A stretch of 64,000 nt of DNA. Source: Lingula anatina. Its lineage: Eukaryota > Animalia > Brachiopoda. A program made the position numbers and the translations under genes. Shown piece after piece: positions 41,204 to 54,799 of this stretch; within the stretch, counting starts at the first letter, position 1; the number at the start of each line of letters is the position of its first letter. The DNA is taken from positions 12,422,567 through 12,486,566 of the forward strand of contig CM120644.1 in the NCBI GenBank assembly GCA_051362555.1. Reading direction: 5' to 3'. The notes beneath the pieces were generated by a model. It did not search any database and was not told the DNA's origin. It was given only the letters and a program-made list of their open reading frames with translations.

Positions 41204-43109
41204 AAATAAAATAACGAGGGATTCATCTTATTTTGCTTTCCTAGTAGATAGTTGCACAATGGGAAATGGTGATGAAAAAACACTCATTTTAAAACTTTTT
41301 AATCGGTTGCCATTTATTATGAGTATACTGGAGTTTGTTTTGCATGGATTGTCTCCTTGATCAACCGTGAACACCTTGCAAGCAATAGTTATTATACGCG
41401 TTTATATGATATGCTTGTAAGTAAACTGATAAGTATAAAAAACACACTATTTGTTGTTCTGGTGAACAATTGTTAAGTGGGTCTAGGGGTGAAGCAGTAG
41501 GGTTTTAGAAAAAAAATTACGCTTAGTGACAGATTTGTCCGGGGGCTTCTCATATTCTTCTGTTATATCACGCAAAATGCGCCGGAAATAACGAAATCAA
41601 AATAGTTCCCATTTTAGAATTTTTTCCACTGACGGTCATTAACAGAAAGTCTATTGCATAATCGGTGTATCTTGAAGGGGTACGTTTTTTTAAAGACCAG
41701 GGGCTCAGATTAAAACATTTATCTCGAATGAATTTTTGTTTTAGACCAATAACTTAATTTGCACTTTTCTCTATGTGCTCACTGGACAGACAAACAACAT
41801 ATTGAAAGAAAAAGACTAAACACATGACAGTTTGAAAACATACGTCCTCCAAAAGTTGCACGATGGACGTGCCCCTCACGCACGAACTCCCACGTTTTCT
41901 CCATTTTTTTCGGCCATAGACCACACGTAGCAGCCCGTACGTTCGGTTGGGACCTAAGCTTAACTCCGTGAGAGATGGGCTGTCAGCGAACTCGAAATTT
42001 CGTAGGAAGGACCTGCGTGGGACGTGATATTCTGCGTATAATTTGGATGCAAACAGCCCGTGAGAGCCCGTACGGAAGGTTGTGACCGAGGCTTAACGCA
42101 GTTTGAAAACATATGCCACATCGCTTGTATCATTCTGATAGCTATTACTTCATATCATGGATTTTCAGGGATAAAGATAAATAGAAAATAGAAAGATTAC
42201 ATGCTACAACACAAAACTACATCTGTTATACATTCCAGCTGTACAACGCTTCAAGCAAAAGGTCCATGATCTATGCCCCGCGTTGCAAAACTAGTTGATA
42301 TGAGACATCTCAATAGGAGTTTGTAGTGCATGAATTGTAAAGAATGAATACCCCATTCGTAGTCAAGGGAACGTTTCTTTAAAAAGGGTTTAATGGCTAA
42401 GGTATGACAATAAGATTGCTTTAAATGATTATTTTAAACGAAGAACTGGTAATACATGTATAATGCAAAGGGAACCAAAAAAGTAAAAATAAACATCTAT
42501 TTGAAAATTATTTTTTTAATTTGTACTATCACTTCATTGGTGCATCTTGCAGGTGTGCCTGCTTTAAAGCAATAACCTGCACCATGCATGAAATCGTTTT
42601 AACACTTTTCTCCACTTAAGGCTGCTTTAGACCGGACACTGCACTAAAGCACATTTCCCAACATCATTGGCAGTCAGCATGTCCAATAATTAAAAGTGCG
42701 AAAGGAGATTTTTGTTGTCCATTGACGTTAAGATAATATAAAATAGAACAGAAAGTGACTAAAGGCAGTAAACATGGTTGAACATATGAGGCAGGGCCTT
42801 TCGACCCTTCGCCGTAAGGAAACGACCAATTAAACAAGTCTTCATAAAAAATCCAGAAAAACAGACACCTTATACATGTAGGCCATAGCAGCTCTGCTGT
42901 GTTTCTTCATCTATGTTTCCTCTGATAAATTAAATCTGGCAAAACGTGTTGATATGAAGTGTTCCTGAACATTTTCTTCTAACCTAGGACGAAGTAAAAT
43001 GTCACTCAAGCAGGGTGTTTGCTATTCCTGTCACGTTCCATACCTGACATATTGAGTTGAAAAACACACATTCCATTTCGTACAGCATTCCATTTCGAAA
43101 GAGTCAAAG

Positions 43110-45246
43110 ATGTCTTCTGCAGCCATGTTAAACACGACAAAACTCTTTCGACGTGGCCTAGCATTAGGGATGAATATGCAATTTTATCGGCGTTTGGGAA
43201 GATTCATCCAACTTCCTCAAAAGTTATGGAGGGAGAAAAATCTCTCTATTTGTAGTGGCCGCGGCAGACTAATTCCCTTTGTCCAGTTAAGCCGAGAGCA
43301 GTCGAAGCAGCCACTGCGTTTAAAAAAGGTTAGTTAAATCAGTTATCAAGGCCATTTGATGAAGAATTTGAATATCCTGCTCTATAAGTAAACATGCATG
43401 TATTTTTTAAAGATTCAACCTAGAGTCAAGGGTTATAACCACACTTAAAATGTCACCAAACCACCAGGGACTGTTAAGTGAGGAAACAATGACAATCATC
43501 AAATTAAGGTTATTATAGAATTTAATAGGCGGATAAGACAGCTTCCTGTACCACTTAGAGAAACTCAAGGTGAGTGAAATGAGAAACCTGACACAACTCT
43601 GCAAAAGGTAAGGCGTATTGCAACCGTTACTGGGGTATTGTTTGAAATAATGAAAATTGGATATAAAGACTTATTGCAAACTTGCCGCAAACTTTTGATG
43701 CTCTTGTAAATTTGGAGAAGATGTGGAACAGGATTTCTTTTTGCAACAATCTGCAATCCTTTTTTGCTCGCAGCAAGTTTGCAGTAAACTTTTCATTTTG
43801 CTAAGAGTATACACTGCTATCTGTATATCACACGAGGGATATGATAACTTTCACTAAGAGTGAGTTCCTGTTCCTGTGCCAAACGCCATAGTATGTTATT
43901 TATTTTTTTAAAGTTCGTTTATGCTTTTTTTAACAATGCCATCTCAGTGTTGTCTATTGCTTTGGCGTACTTTGTGTATCCTAATTAACCACATATGGTT
44001 TTAATGAGTTCCGTGATATATCCCCTAGTCTTAAAGCCACATACATAGTGTCAGGTTAGAGGTTTACAAATATAATTCTTTATATTGTCATTAAGGAAAT
44101 TACGAACAAAATTATTATTACATTTTTCTTTAAAAGGCCACTTGTGTACTCTAAATGCGTATTTATTAAGTCCAAACAAAGGAATACCAAATGCAGTGTA
44201 CAATACATATATCTATATATTTCGTGCACTGCATTGCTTTATTGTATTAGAAAATAAAATATCCGAAATGTTGAAAATAATTTATTCCAGATGCCAAAGG
44301 ATTACCCATTGTTGACTGGTTCGGATCATTGGAAAAGGAAGGCTCGCACAGTTTTCAATGCTGTAGATACCACCGGTCAGGGATACCTCACTAAAGAGTC
44401 TTTGGAACTCACTGCCAAGCGTACTGCCCAGTACTTGGACCTTAATGGTAGTCAACGATTAAATAAAAATAAACAGATAATTAAACTAAATTTTTAAAAA
44501 GCGCCTTAAGATCAATGACTTGGAATGACTTGGAGAATATACCTGTTGATGTAGGACCTTATTTGGAATTGAAATTTGCAAGTTTTGATTTATCACATAT
44601 CGGGATGTTCTTTGATAAGCTTATTTCTTAATCCACTCACCCATCTTTCTCTCGGTGCGTCTCTTTCTTTCACACACATGATGACACACACACACACTCG
44701 CCAGTTCACGCACGACCTAAAACCATATCACACGAAATATCACACGATAGAGTTGTTTAATATGCTGCTTATGCGTCTTCCTACTGTTGATGTACTATGC
44801 ATCTATATATCATTATATTTCATTATATATTTCCAGAAGAACAAGCGGAGAATCATCTGAATCTTTACCTTGATATTTGGAGAAAATTCGTTAATCGAGG
44901 TTCAGATGACGTCAATGCCAAAATATCAGAGGATGAATTTGTTCAGAATCACATGCTCACGTTTAATGATAACAAAATTCGAGAAAATTTAGCTGATTAC
45001 CTTGCCATTGAATTCATTGCCATAGATACTGATGGCGACGGATATATTTCGCCCAAAGAGCACGCCGCTTATTTCTACGGAATTGGTATTTCCACAGAGC
45101 ACTCGAGGCGTATATTTGATATCATGGATACAAATAAAGATGGTCTCATTTCCAAGGAAGAGTTCACGCAGGCTCAAATTGAATTTTGGCTCAGCGAAGA
45201 GGAAAGCAATATTTATAATGAATTCCACGGTCCTCTTGTACATTGA
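43110..45246 (+). CDS. SCP/CBP-like EF-hand protein, copy 4 (~261 aa)
   Basis: Exons 43110-43328, 44291-44447, 44837-45246; GT-AG introns; ends FHGPLVH. Confidence 0.9.
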
Positions 45247-46754
45247 ATGCAACATTCCCAAATATAACTTACTCAACTAGTACATGTATTTGACTGATGA
45301 AATAAGATAAGTATAACGCGGGTAATGGCCCGGTTGTTCAACAGTGAGAGCCAATGTTAATCATCAGTAATTGCCTAGGTTAGAAATATTTAAGTTAAGA
45401 CGCTATTTTTACGTCAAACATGTAAAATTATCATATTGTAATCCCGTTCAATTGCTTGATTATTTAGAGTCCTTAATTTCCAGAGGCATCAAGGCATTTG
45501 TGGGCGCAGGTGTATTTTTTTTCCAATTGCTAAGTTTTATTCTCACTCAAATCATCCCATTCTCAACTAACACAGTCTGTAAACATGTAACGCCGAGTAT
45601 ATCATTCTGCTGCAAGCTATTTCAATATAGAATTCACGGGGAAATCAAGGGATCAGAATAATATTCATTTGTACTTTGGACATCGGGCAGCCTTGCAAAG
45701 GGCTAGTCTCCCTGACCTAGCACGTGTCTGACCTAGCTATATCCATGCTTATAGCTTAGGGTTGATAATGTAGAATGAGCTACTTTTAAGTTGGATTTCT
45801 GAAGCATAACGCCTCCAAACGTCACCGGTGATAATTCACCTATATTTAGTGCCCATGAAGACCTTGCAATAAGGTTTTGAAATAACGGAATGTACTGAAT
45901 ACTGAGAAGTTAAGATGTGGGGTGGATCCCTTTTTTCATCTGGAGATATGCACTTAAGCGGTTCACTTAAGCGATGCATTTCGTTTGGCCTCCTTTCTTG
46001 GGTTCTCCGAAATAAGGCCTCCTGTAAACTAATCGGCTGTGTGGAGCGTGGGGGCACCGTTAATATGTCTAGGTGTCCTCTTTTACATAATATAGCTAGG
46101 CTATTAAATTGCTAATTTTTCAAAATGTGCCTACATTGGCAATATCTCTTAAGGCTAGCATATATTAGTGGTTTAATTTGTAAAGAAAGAAAACACCTTT
46201 CGTTTTATCAAGGGAGCATTTCTTTAAAAAGCGTCAAGGTATAAAGCACTAAGTTTTGGCAACATGATAACTTTAGTTTGAAAGGGTCCATTTGAAATGA
46301 GCGGGCTGGCGATGCGCTTTTGTCAGATGCTGCTGTACCTGCCGTACGTACTATAATGCAGAGAGAGTCGGAATATGAAATTAAAAAAGCATCCATTCTG
46401 ATACTTCTTTTTTTATTTAGCATTGTCAGCTCATCGGTGGATCTTTTAGCGATTTCCTGGTGCCGCGCAGTTTATGATATCGTTTAAACACTATTCTCAG
46501 CTACTGGTAATTAGATGTAGATGCTGTTTTAGACCTCACACTGAATAATAACGCAATTCCCAGCAGAACACTAAACTGGTAATCTGCATGTTCATTAAAT
46601 AGTGCTGTACAGCAACATTTTCATTGTCAATTTATGTAAAAATTATAAAATAGAAACATTTGTAACTAAGAGAGTTCAGATGGTTTTACATATGGGGCAG
46701 GGCGTCTCGTCCTTTCACAAAAGACCACGGTTAATTAAACGAATCAGTAATGGT

Positions 46755-47284
46755 ACTTAGGGCGCATTCCCAGAGATTTTAGATCGATCTATCCCCGTGG
46801 GGAGTCTCACTAGAATACTGTCAGCTTAGCCGGCTTAAATGTCTGTCCCGCCTACTAAAATCTGTAAGATCTAGTAAGATCGATCTACATCTTTGGAAAT
46901 GCACTCTTAGATCGATCATGGTAAATTGCTATCAGCTCAAGAGGATTAAATGTCTGTCACGCCTACCAGATCAGCTAGGGGTAAAGATAATTACCTACTA
47001 ACAGTTTTACTATGCGTGATAGACGTTTAAGCCGGTTAGTTTGATAGCAATTTAGAGTGCATTTCCAGAGATTTAGATCGGTCCAGAGATTTAGACTTAG
47101 ATCAACCTAACTCCCTGGGGGCTTCACGCTAAATAGCTGTCAGCCGAGCGCGCACCATGGTAAATTACCCCCATACAGCTTATAGTAGGCGGGACAGACG
47201 CTTAAGCCGGCTAAGCTGACAGTAATCTAGTGAGACTCCCCACGTGGATAGATCGATCTAAATCTATGGGAATGCGCCCTAAGT
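46755..47284. mobile_element. Harbinger-like MITE with nested palindromes upstream of copy 5
   Basis: ~100-bp inverted arms ACTTAGGGCGCATTCCC..TAGATCGATCTATCC; internal partial inverted copies at ~46875-46910 and ~47053-47105. Confidence 0.8.
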
Positions 47285-47442
47285 CCCATTACGTTAAACA
47301 AACACAAAAGATGAATATTTCCCTTCTTTAAAATATCACATCCGACTAGAAAGCAAGGTGTTTGCTATGTCTTTCACGTTCCATACCCGAGGCATTGACT
47401 TGAAGAACACTGTTACAGCTCTTCACTTCGAAATAGTCAAAG

Positions 47443-49656
47443 ATGTTAAATACAATGTTAAATACGACAAAACTCTTTCGACGTGGCATAGCATTAGCGA
47501 CGAAAATGCAATCTAATCGACATGTGGGCAAATTCAACCAACCTCCTCAAAAACTATGGAAGGAGACGGATCTGTCTATTTGTAGTGGACGTGGAAGAAT
47601 ACTTCCCTTTGCCCAGTTAAGCCGAGAGCTGTCAAAGCAGCCATTGCGTTTGAAAAAGGTTAGTTAAATCAGTTATCACAGCCATTTGATGGGGAATTTG
47701 ACTATCCTGCTCTACAAGTAAACATGCATGTAGTTTTTAAGATTTAACTTAAATTTAAGGCTAATAACCAAACTTTAAATGCCAACAAAACCACTGTTAG
47801 GTAAGGAAACAATGACAATCATTCAAATTAAGGACACGTTTAGAATTTAACTGTCTGAACAGGATAGTTTCCTGTATCACTTAATGAAATACAAGGTTAG
47901 TGAAATGAGAAACCTGACACAACTCTGCCAAATGTTAGGCTTATTGCAACCGTTACTGGGCCATTGTTTGAAGTATAAATGGATGTAGATACTTCTTGCA
48001 AACTTGCCTTAAACTTTTGTTGCTCTTGCAAATTTGCAGACGATGCGCAACATGATGTATTTGCAGCAAATTTGAAGTAAACGTTTCAATTTGCTAAGGG
48101 CACTGTTATCTGTATATTAAAGGAGGGGTATGATAACTTTCACTTATACTGAGCTTTTGCTCTGAAGTGCTAGTTTATTTTTATTTTTATTTTTTAAATT
48201 TTATCCCTTTTTAACAATGCCATCTCTGCGTTGTTTATTGCGTTGGCGTACTTTACAGAACCTAATTGAACATGTATGGTTTTTAATGAGTTTAGTGACA
48301 TGTCCCCTAGTCTTAAAAACATATACATGTAGATAGTGTTAGAGGTCTATAAATATAATTCTTTATATTGTCATGTAGAAAATAACAAAGAAAATTATTA
48401 TTGTACTTTTCTTTAAAGGGGTCACTTGTGTACTTAACATGCGTATTAAAATTAAGTCAAAACAGAGGAATATCAAATAGAGTGTACAATTCATTTAATC
48501 TCTTTATATTTCGTGCACTGGATTGATTTAATTTATCAGTAAAAATAACAGAAATGTTGAAAATAATTTATTTTAGATGCCAACGGACTATCCATTGTTG
48601 ACTGGTTCAGATCACTGGAAAAGAAAGATTCGCACGATGTTCAAGGCCGTAGATACCACGGGTCAGGGATACATCACTAAAGAGTCCATGGAGCTCACTG
48701 CCAAGCGTGCTGCCCAGTACTTGGATCTGAATGGTAGGCATCGATTAAATAAAAATTAATAATATTTTAAAAAGCAGCTTAAGATCAACGACTTTCACAA
48801 TTGAACTGTTGACGTAGGACCTTATTTCGAGTTGAACTTTATAAGTTTTGTTAAGTGCTGTTTTCCTGCATGCGTCTGGAATTTGTTTTTCGAGTCGATA
48901 TATTATTCTAAATGTTTGTTTGTGGAAAAGATGATTTACTACATATCGGGATGTTCTTTGGTAAGCTTATTTCTTGACTCCTCTCCTTCCATTTTCTCTC
49001 TTTGTATGTGTCTCTCTTTCACAAACATGCGCGAGTGCGCGCACACACGCACCCACCCACACACACACACATACACACACACCACACATACATTGGCCCG
49101 CACACGTACGCGCGACGTGAAACCATATATCACACGAAATTCTGCTCAGTAGAGTTGTTAAAGATAGGTTGTTCCATAGTTAATGCCTCTTCCTGTCACT
49201 TATGTACTAATTATGCATACTATAAATGTACGCAATATTATATTTCCAGAAGAACAAGCTGAGAATCATATGAATCTTCGACTCGATATTTGGAGAAAAT
49301 TCGTAAGTCGAGGTTCAGATGACAATGCCAAAATATCAGAGAATGAATTCGTTCAGAATCACTTGCTCACGTTTAATGACAGCAAAATTCGCGAAAACTT
49401 AGCTGATTACCTTGCCGTTGAATTTATTTCCATAGACGCCGATGGCGACGGATATATTTCACCCAGAGAGCACGCCGCTTATTTCTACGGAATTGGTATT
49501 CCTACAGAGTACTCAAAACCTATGTTTGACATCATGGACACAAACAAAGATGGCCTCATCTCCAAGGAAGAGTTCACGCAGGCTCAAATTGAATTTTGGC
49601 TTAGCGAAGATGAAAAGAATATTTATAATGAATTCCACGGTCCTCTTGTTGATTGA
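47443..49656 (+). CDS. SCP/CBP-like EF-hand protein, copy 5 (~259 aa)
   Basis: Exons 47443-47658, 48577-48733, 49250-49656; GT-AG introns; open spliced frame. Confidence 0.9.
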
Positions 49657-50407
49657 ATGCAACATTTTCAAATATAATTCACTTAACTTGTATTTGGTCA
49701 GTGAAATAAGGATGGCATAACATGGTTAAAATGCTAATCATTAATAATATCATATACACGCGAATATAGTATTGTGACACAGGTGCTTTCCTAGTATAGT
49801 TACAGAGTGATCCAGAGAAGAGCAAAAAATTAAAAAAAGAAAAAAAAAACAATTATATTGTGGCGAAGCACAAAATGATAACGAGGGATTCATCATATTT
49901 TGATTTACTAGTAGACACTTGCACAATGGGAGTTGGTGATGAAATTATACACTCATTTATTTATAAAAAAATCAGTTGCCATTTATTGTCAGGTACTGGT
50001 GTGGTTTGCATTTCCTCCTTGATCAACCGTGGACATATTGCAGGACACAGTAATTATACGCCTTTATATGATTTTGCTTACTGATAAGTAATGTAAAGAC
50101 ACCATTTGTTATTCTGGTGAACAATTGTGAAGGGGTGATGCAGTAGGGTTTGAGACAGGGATGACGTGAAGCGGCGGGTTTGTCCGGGGGCTTAATTCTT
50201 ATATATCCTGCTGTCATAACATGAAAATGAGACGGAAATAAAGAAACATAATTAATAACTCCCATTTTAGAATTTTACCACCGGCTGTCATTTACAGTCA
50301 GCCAATTGATGTATCTTGAAGGGGCGAGTTTTCTTGAAAGACCACGAGCTCAGATTTTAACAATTAACTTATCTTTTTAGGCCAATTACTTTATTAACAC
50401 TTTTCTC

Positions 50408-50455
<48 letters not shown>

Positions 50456-51225
50456 CTTTATTTAAAGAGGGTTAAACGTATGAAGTGCAGACACTTATCT
50501 TACACATGGCCCTCTGGGGGGTTCGAATAAGATATTGATGAAATGAGTTAGAATAACAATAGTAATAAGAATAAAACAGAATGTTTTATGTTAGTACGAA
50601 TCTCAAAGCTTCATGACTTAATAATTGTATACATAATATTTAATTTTGGTTTTTTAAAAACAATCTTTTAAAAGTATCCAAGTCTTTGCAGTTTTAAATT
50701 CCAGAGTTAGGACAGCCCCTATTTTAATCAAAGTCCATATTGGGCTTTACTTAGTATGTCTTTATGCACTGACAAGATTGATAAACAACATGCTAAATGA
50801 GACTTTCATTGCGATTACGTCTAAAGCTAAGTGACTTTTTATATAATCATCTGTTTAGAGAGTATTACGGAAGGTAGTCATTAATGAATGTCAAAGTGGT
50901 CTGATGGTAAGCATAGATTTCGGAATAATTACGATTAATGCCGTTTTTGGTGGTAAAATGGAGTTTATATCATGTTCATGTGCTGATTACATAATGTATT
51001 TATTATTGATTTTTTAAAAAACCTAATGTGGAGAGTTGTTATCTCTTTAATGTCACGAAGGTCGGAAATTTATTTATGCACGCAGCCATACTGAATACCT
51101 CGAGGTTCTTTCTGCGTCGCCTTGTATGAGCAGTGTTCATTTAATCTAACCTGAAATTCGAGATCTCTATCCAACCTTTTCAAAACATTCTATAGAAGAT
51201 ACATCTGTCCATTTGCAAGTGGAAA

Positions 51226-52899
51226 ATGAATCCATCTGTCCAGTTAATCGAAGGTCTGTCGGAGCAGCCACTGCGTTTGAAAAAAGTAAGTTATGTTGTG
51301 CTATAATATGCTAGTTATTCTTTTAGGGTCCTTTGATAAAGAGTTGAAGTGTCAGGCCACATAGATTTTTATACGTTTAGATAAAACTACTAGTCACATT
51401 GGACCCTTAACTCAAAATACATTATTATGCCGATGGTCTGGACTAGCAGAAAGCATCACTTACATTGTCACGCAGAACAAGTAACTACACATTACAAACC
51501 AACATATAAACGTATAACAGTCTCCATAAACAATCTGGTACAACACACAAGACTGACAATTGGGACTATTGAGAAATATCTCAGATTCATGTAAAGGCTT
51601 AGATGTGAACTCAGGTACACAGAACAAGTTACTACATATTACAAACCAACATATAAACGTGCAATAGTCTCCATAAACAATCTGGTGCGACACAAAAGAC
51701 TGACAGGTATTCCCATTCATCAGTCACAAAAATAGGAAAAACTGGTGAAAATGATTTGGAAAAAAAGTCTACACAACTTCATCATTTTGAATGGGAAGTG
51801 AAAAGAATCCTACGTACAAATTCCAGATTTTTTTTCAGATGCCCAAAGATTACCCACTGTTGACTGGTTCGGATCATTGGAGACGGAGAATTCGCACAGT
51901 TTTCAAGAGATTAGATACTGACGGCAACGGCTACCTTACTATAGAGGACTACGAGATCGCGGCAAGGCGTGCTGCCCAGTACTTGGAACTGAATGGTAAA
52001 TATTGGGTAGATAATATTAGAATTTTTGGAAAAGTGATCTGCGATAAGTTGATAATGTACTGTACTAATATATATAAAATATTAATCGTTAACATTATGA
52101 GTTTGGGGGGTTAGTTTGGGGGGGGGGATCGAACGATTCGCCTTTTTTTGCAGGTGTTACGAACTTGAGGGTCCGTGTGACAGAAAGTCCGCCCTCCATT
52201 TAGTTATAATGGCTAGGGGTCAAAATCAAGGGCGAGGCTTACCTGTACAAATGAATGGGAAGCGCACTTTCGAACCTGTACAAATGAATGGGAAGCGCAC
52301 TTTCGATCGTGCGAGATTCTCTGTCACGTTACACCGGGAAAAGATCTGGGTAAAATTTGATCTAGGTTTCGTGGCGAAAGATCCTCCTTTTCACATAAAA
52401 AACTTTTTAAATTAATATTTTTGGCGAAAGCATTTATTTTTGTCTATCTATATTGTATTTATGAAAACTTTACGTGAATATTCCAGATAAACAAGCTGAA
52501 TATTTGCTTAATCATCGTCGTGTTATATGGACAGATACTGTAAAGCAGAGCTCACATCAAACCCACCCTGACAGAATGTCAGAGGATGAGTTTATTCAGA
52601 ATCACTTCCTGGCATTCAATGATAGCACCATTCGAGAGAATTTTGCAGATTATTGTTCAATTGAATTCATAGCCATTGACGTCAACGGCAGTGGTTTGAT
52701 TTCGCGTAGAGAGCACGCTGCTTACTTCTGTGGACTTGGCATACCCACGGAGTTCTCGAAAGTTATATTTGATATCATCGACACTGACAAAGATGGATTC
52801 ATCTCCAAGGAAGAGTTCACCCAAGCCCAGATTGAGTTTTGGCTCAGCGAAGATGAAAACAACATTTACAATGAATTCCATGGCCCTGTTGTTGCCTAA
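51226..52899 (+). CDS. SCP/CBP-like EF-hand protein, copy 6, short leader (~209 aa)
   Basis: Exons 51226-51285 (MNPSVQLIEGLSEQPLRLKK, donor AAA|gtaagt), 51839-51995, 52487-52899. EF-I DTDGNGYLTIED is canonical. The upstream part of exon 1 has in-frame stops. Confidence 0.8.
51473..51705. repeat. Direct repeat (~85 bp, period ~147 bp) in intron 1 of copy 6
   Basis: CAGAACAAGT.ACTACA.ATTACAAACCAACATATAAACGT...GACTGACA occurs twice. Confidence 0.8.
52151..52337. mobile_element. Interspersed element in intron 2 of copy 6
   Basis: Homologous to 19800-19951; contains an internal ~33-bp tandem duplication. Confidence 0.6.
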
Positions 52900-54720
52900 A
52901 TGCGACAATTCTTAGACAAATTATGGAACAGGCATTTGAGCAATGAATCAAGTTCAAGGACTAAATCAAAATTATGGGTGATGGTGTAAATGGCACTGGT
53001 GCATAATGCAGATATTGCTGTCTGAGGTTTTCAACAATAAGACTTGTCTATGAACCTTTGTCATAGTTGATTGTAAGAAAATCCTAAAATAAGTATCATT
53101 TTGACTGAGATAATAAACAATACGAGACGATGGAAATATGATGGAGTCGTTAAAACGTTGCCTTTACATTTATTCTTAATTTTGACCGGACTCGCGACCA
53201 ATTGGAGACCAAATTTTGGTCCACTGTCAACAGTGGTCACGACCAGTAATCTCTAATAGAATTACGAGGTGTTTAATATTTTTGGGTTTCCTCACGTTCA
53301 TTGGTTGCCAATATGCTTGCAAGTTTATATAATGCCCGAAAAACTGGTAAAAGTCATACGACCACTGAACGACGGTTACTGTGGTTCCACCTTATGCTCG
53401 GGTTGCCAAAGCTGCTTTTTTCTTTGTACAGTTTGCTTGTTGGATAACGCTTTTCACAGAGGTTTGCACGTCCTTTGACATTTTCTACAGACAGGGAGAC
53501 ATACATGTACTAACATACTGATAGTAACCATTATCATAACAAGTGAAACCAAGTTTGTTTGACAGTGTGTTTGACGAGTTACTTTGCAAAATTAACTTTC
53601 ATGTATGCTAAAAATACAATGAAACAAAAGAAAAAAAAAACAATCATCTTAAAAAGTTTTGCTGAACTTAAGCTCAACTATTAAGGGTTTGTGACCTTCG
53701 GCGACCAGCTGCACAGTACATTACATAGAAATAATATTATTCTGGTTTTTGTTTTAGACTAGAAACCAAATGTTTATTTTTTTATGTTGACCAAATACAA
53801 AATGTACAATGAAACGGCAAAATGGAAAATCTATTTGTCTCCTTAAAAATTATCTGTTTTTTCTAAACAAACTAATCGATTTTCTACCTACAGGGCGGCA
53901 TGCGCTCCTTCATCAGAAACCCTCACCTTGCTTGCTTGAATGTTTATGTACTTTGTTTATTGCAATGGTTTTATAGGACCCATCCCTCTGTCTGGATAAA
54001 TAACTCATACCGGTACAGTCTCTTTCCAAACACCCTGGCTGACCACTGACCAAACATTGAGCATCTATTCTGCAACCGCAGCCTTTCCCTAAAATGTCTG
54101 CATTCTTCGGTCCACCTTTCACCGGACGATCTCCTTGATGACCCTTTTGCGATTGTTTTGAAAATGCTCAAAAACATCATGACGTCCACAAAGACGCCTG
54201 ATCCACGAACGCCTTACCCGCACCCTTGCATGACCTAAGTCACCACTGTTCCCCCTTTTAACTACCGACGGTAGCCTGGCCATACAAGAGTCGCCTGACT
54301 TAATGGGAGTTTAGTTATTCATCAAGGTCACCCTGTAGTAAATGTGCACCTAAGTCGGTGTCGGGGGAATAAGTTTACATAACACTTAAAGTACATAGCA
54401 CAGGTTTTACACATATATCATGTTGCATATGTAATATACAGAACTAAAGGACACATTTAATGTTTTGAGAGTCAAAAATGTCCTTCATTGCCTGTCTCTT
54501 AAATTGGCAATCTTTCCAAGTGTAACGGTGTAGATTGTATCGCTAATAAACCCCCCTCGTTTGGAAAAGGGGCTCAATCTTGAGAAAATTTTCAGACATG
54601 ACATCGTCGTTATGAAACGCAAATACACGTAATATCTGGGATAACAAAATGAAATGTCCTGAACTTTATAAGGTTCAATTTACAGCTTTTAAAACGGGTT
54701 GGCTGCAGCTTACATGGTGG

Positions 54721-54724
<4 letters not shown>

Positions 54725-54794
<70 letters not shown>
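54725..54794. repeat. (TA)n microsatellite
   Basis: Direct reading. Confidence 0.95.

Positions 54795-54799
<5 letters not shown>

Noticed and set aside
26431-50810. Copies 1-5 as an assembly artefact (uncollapsed haplotypes)
   Set aside because: Five copies differ by many substitutions, indels and copy-specific TE insertions, which is more than two haplotypes can explain. Long-read confirmation is still advisable.
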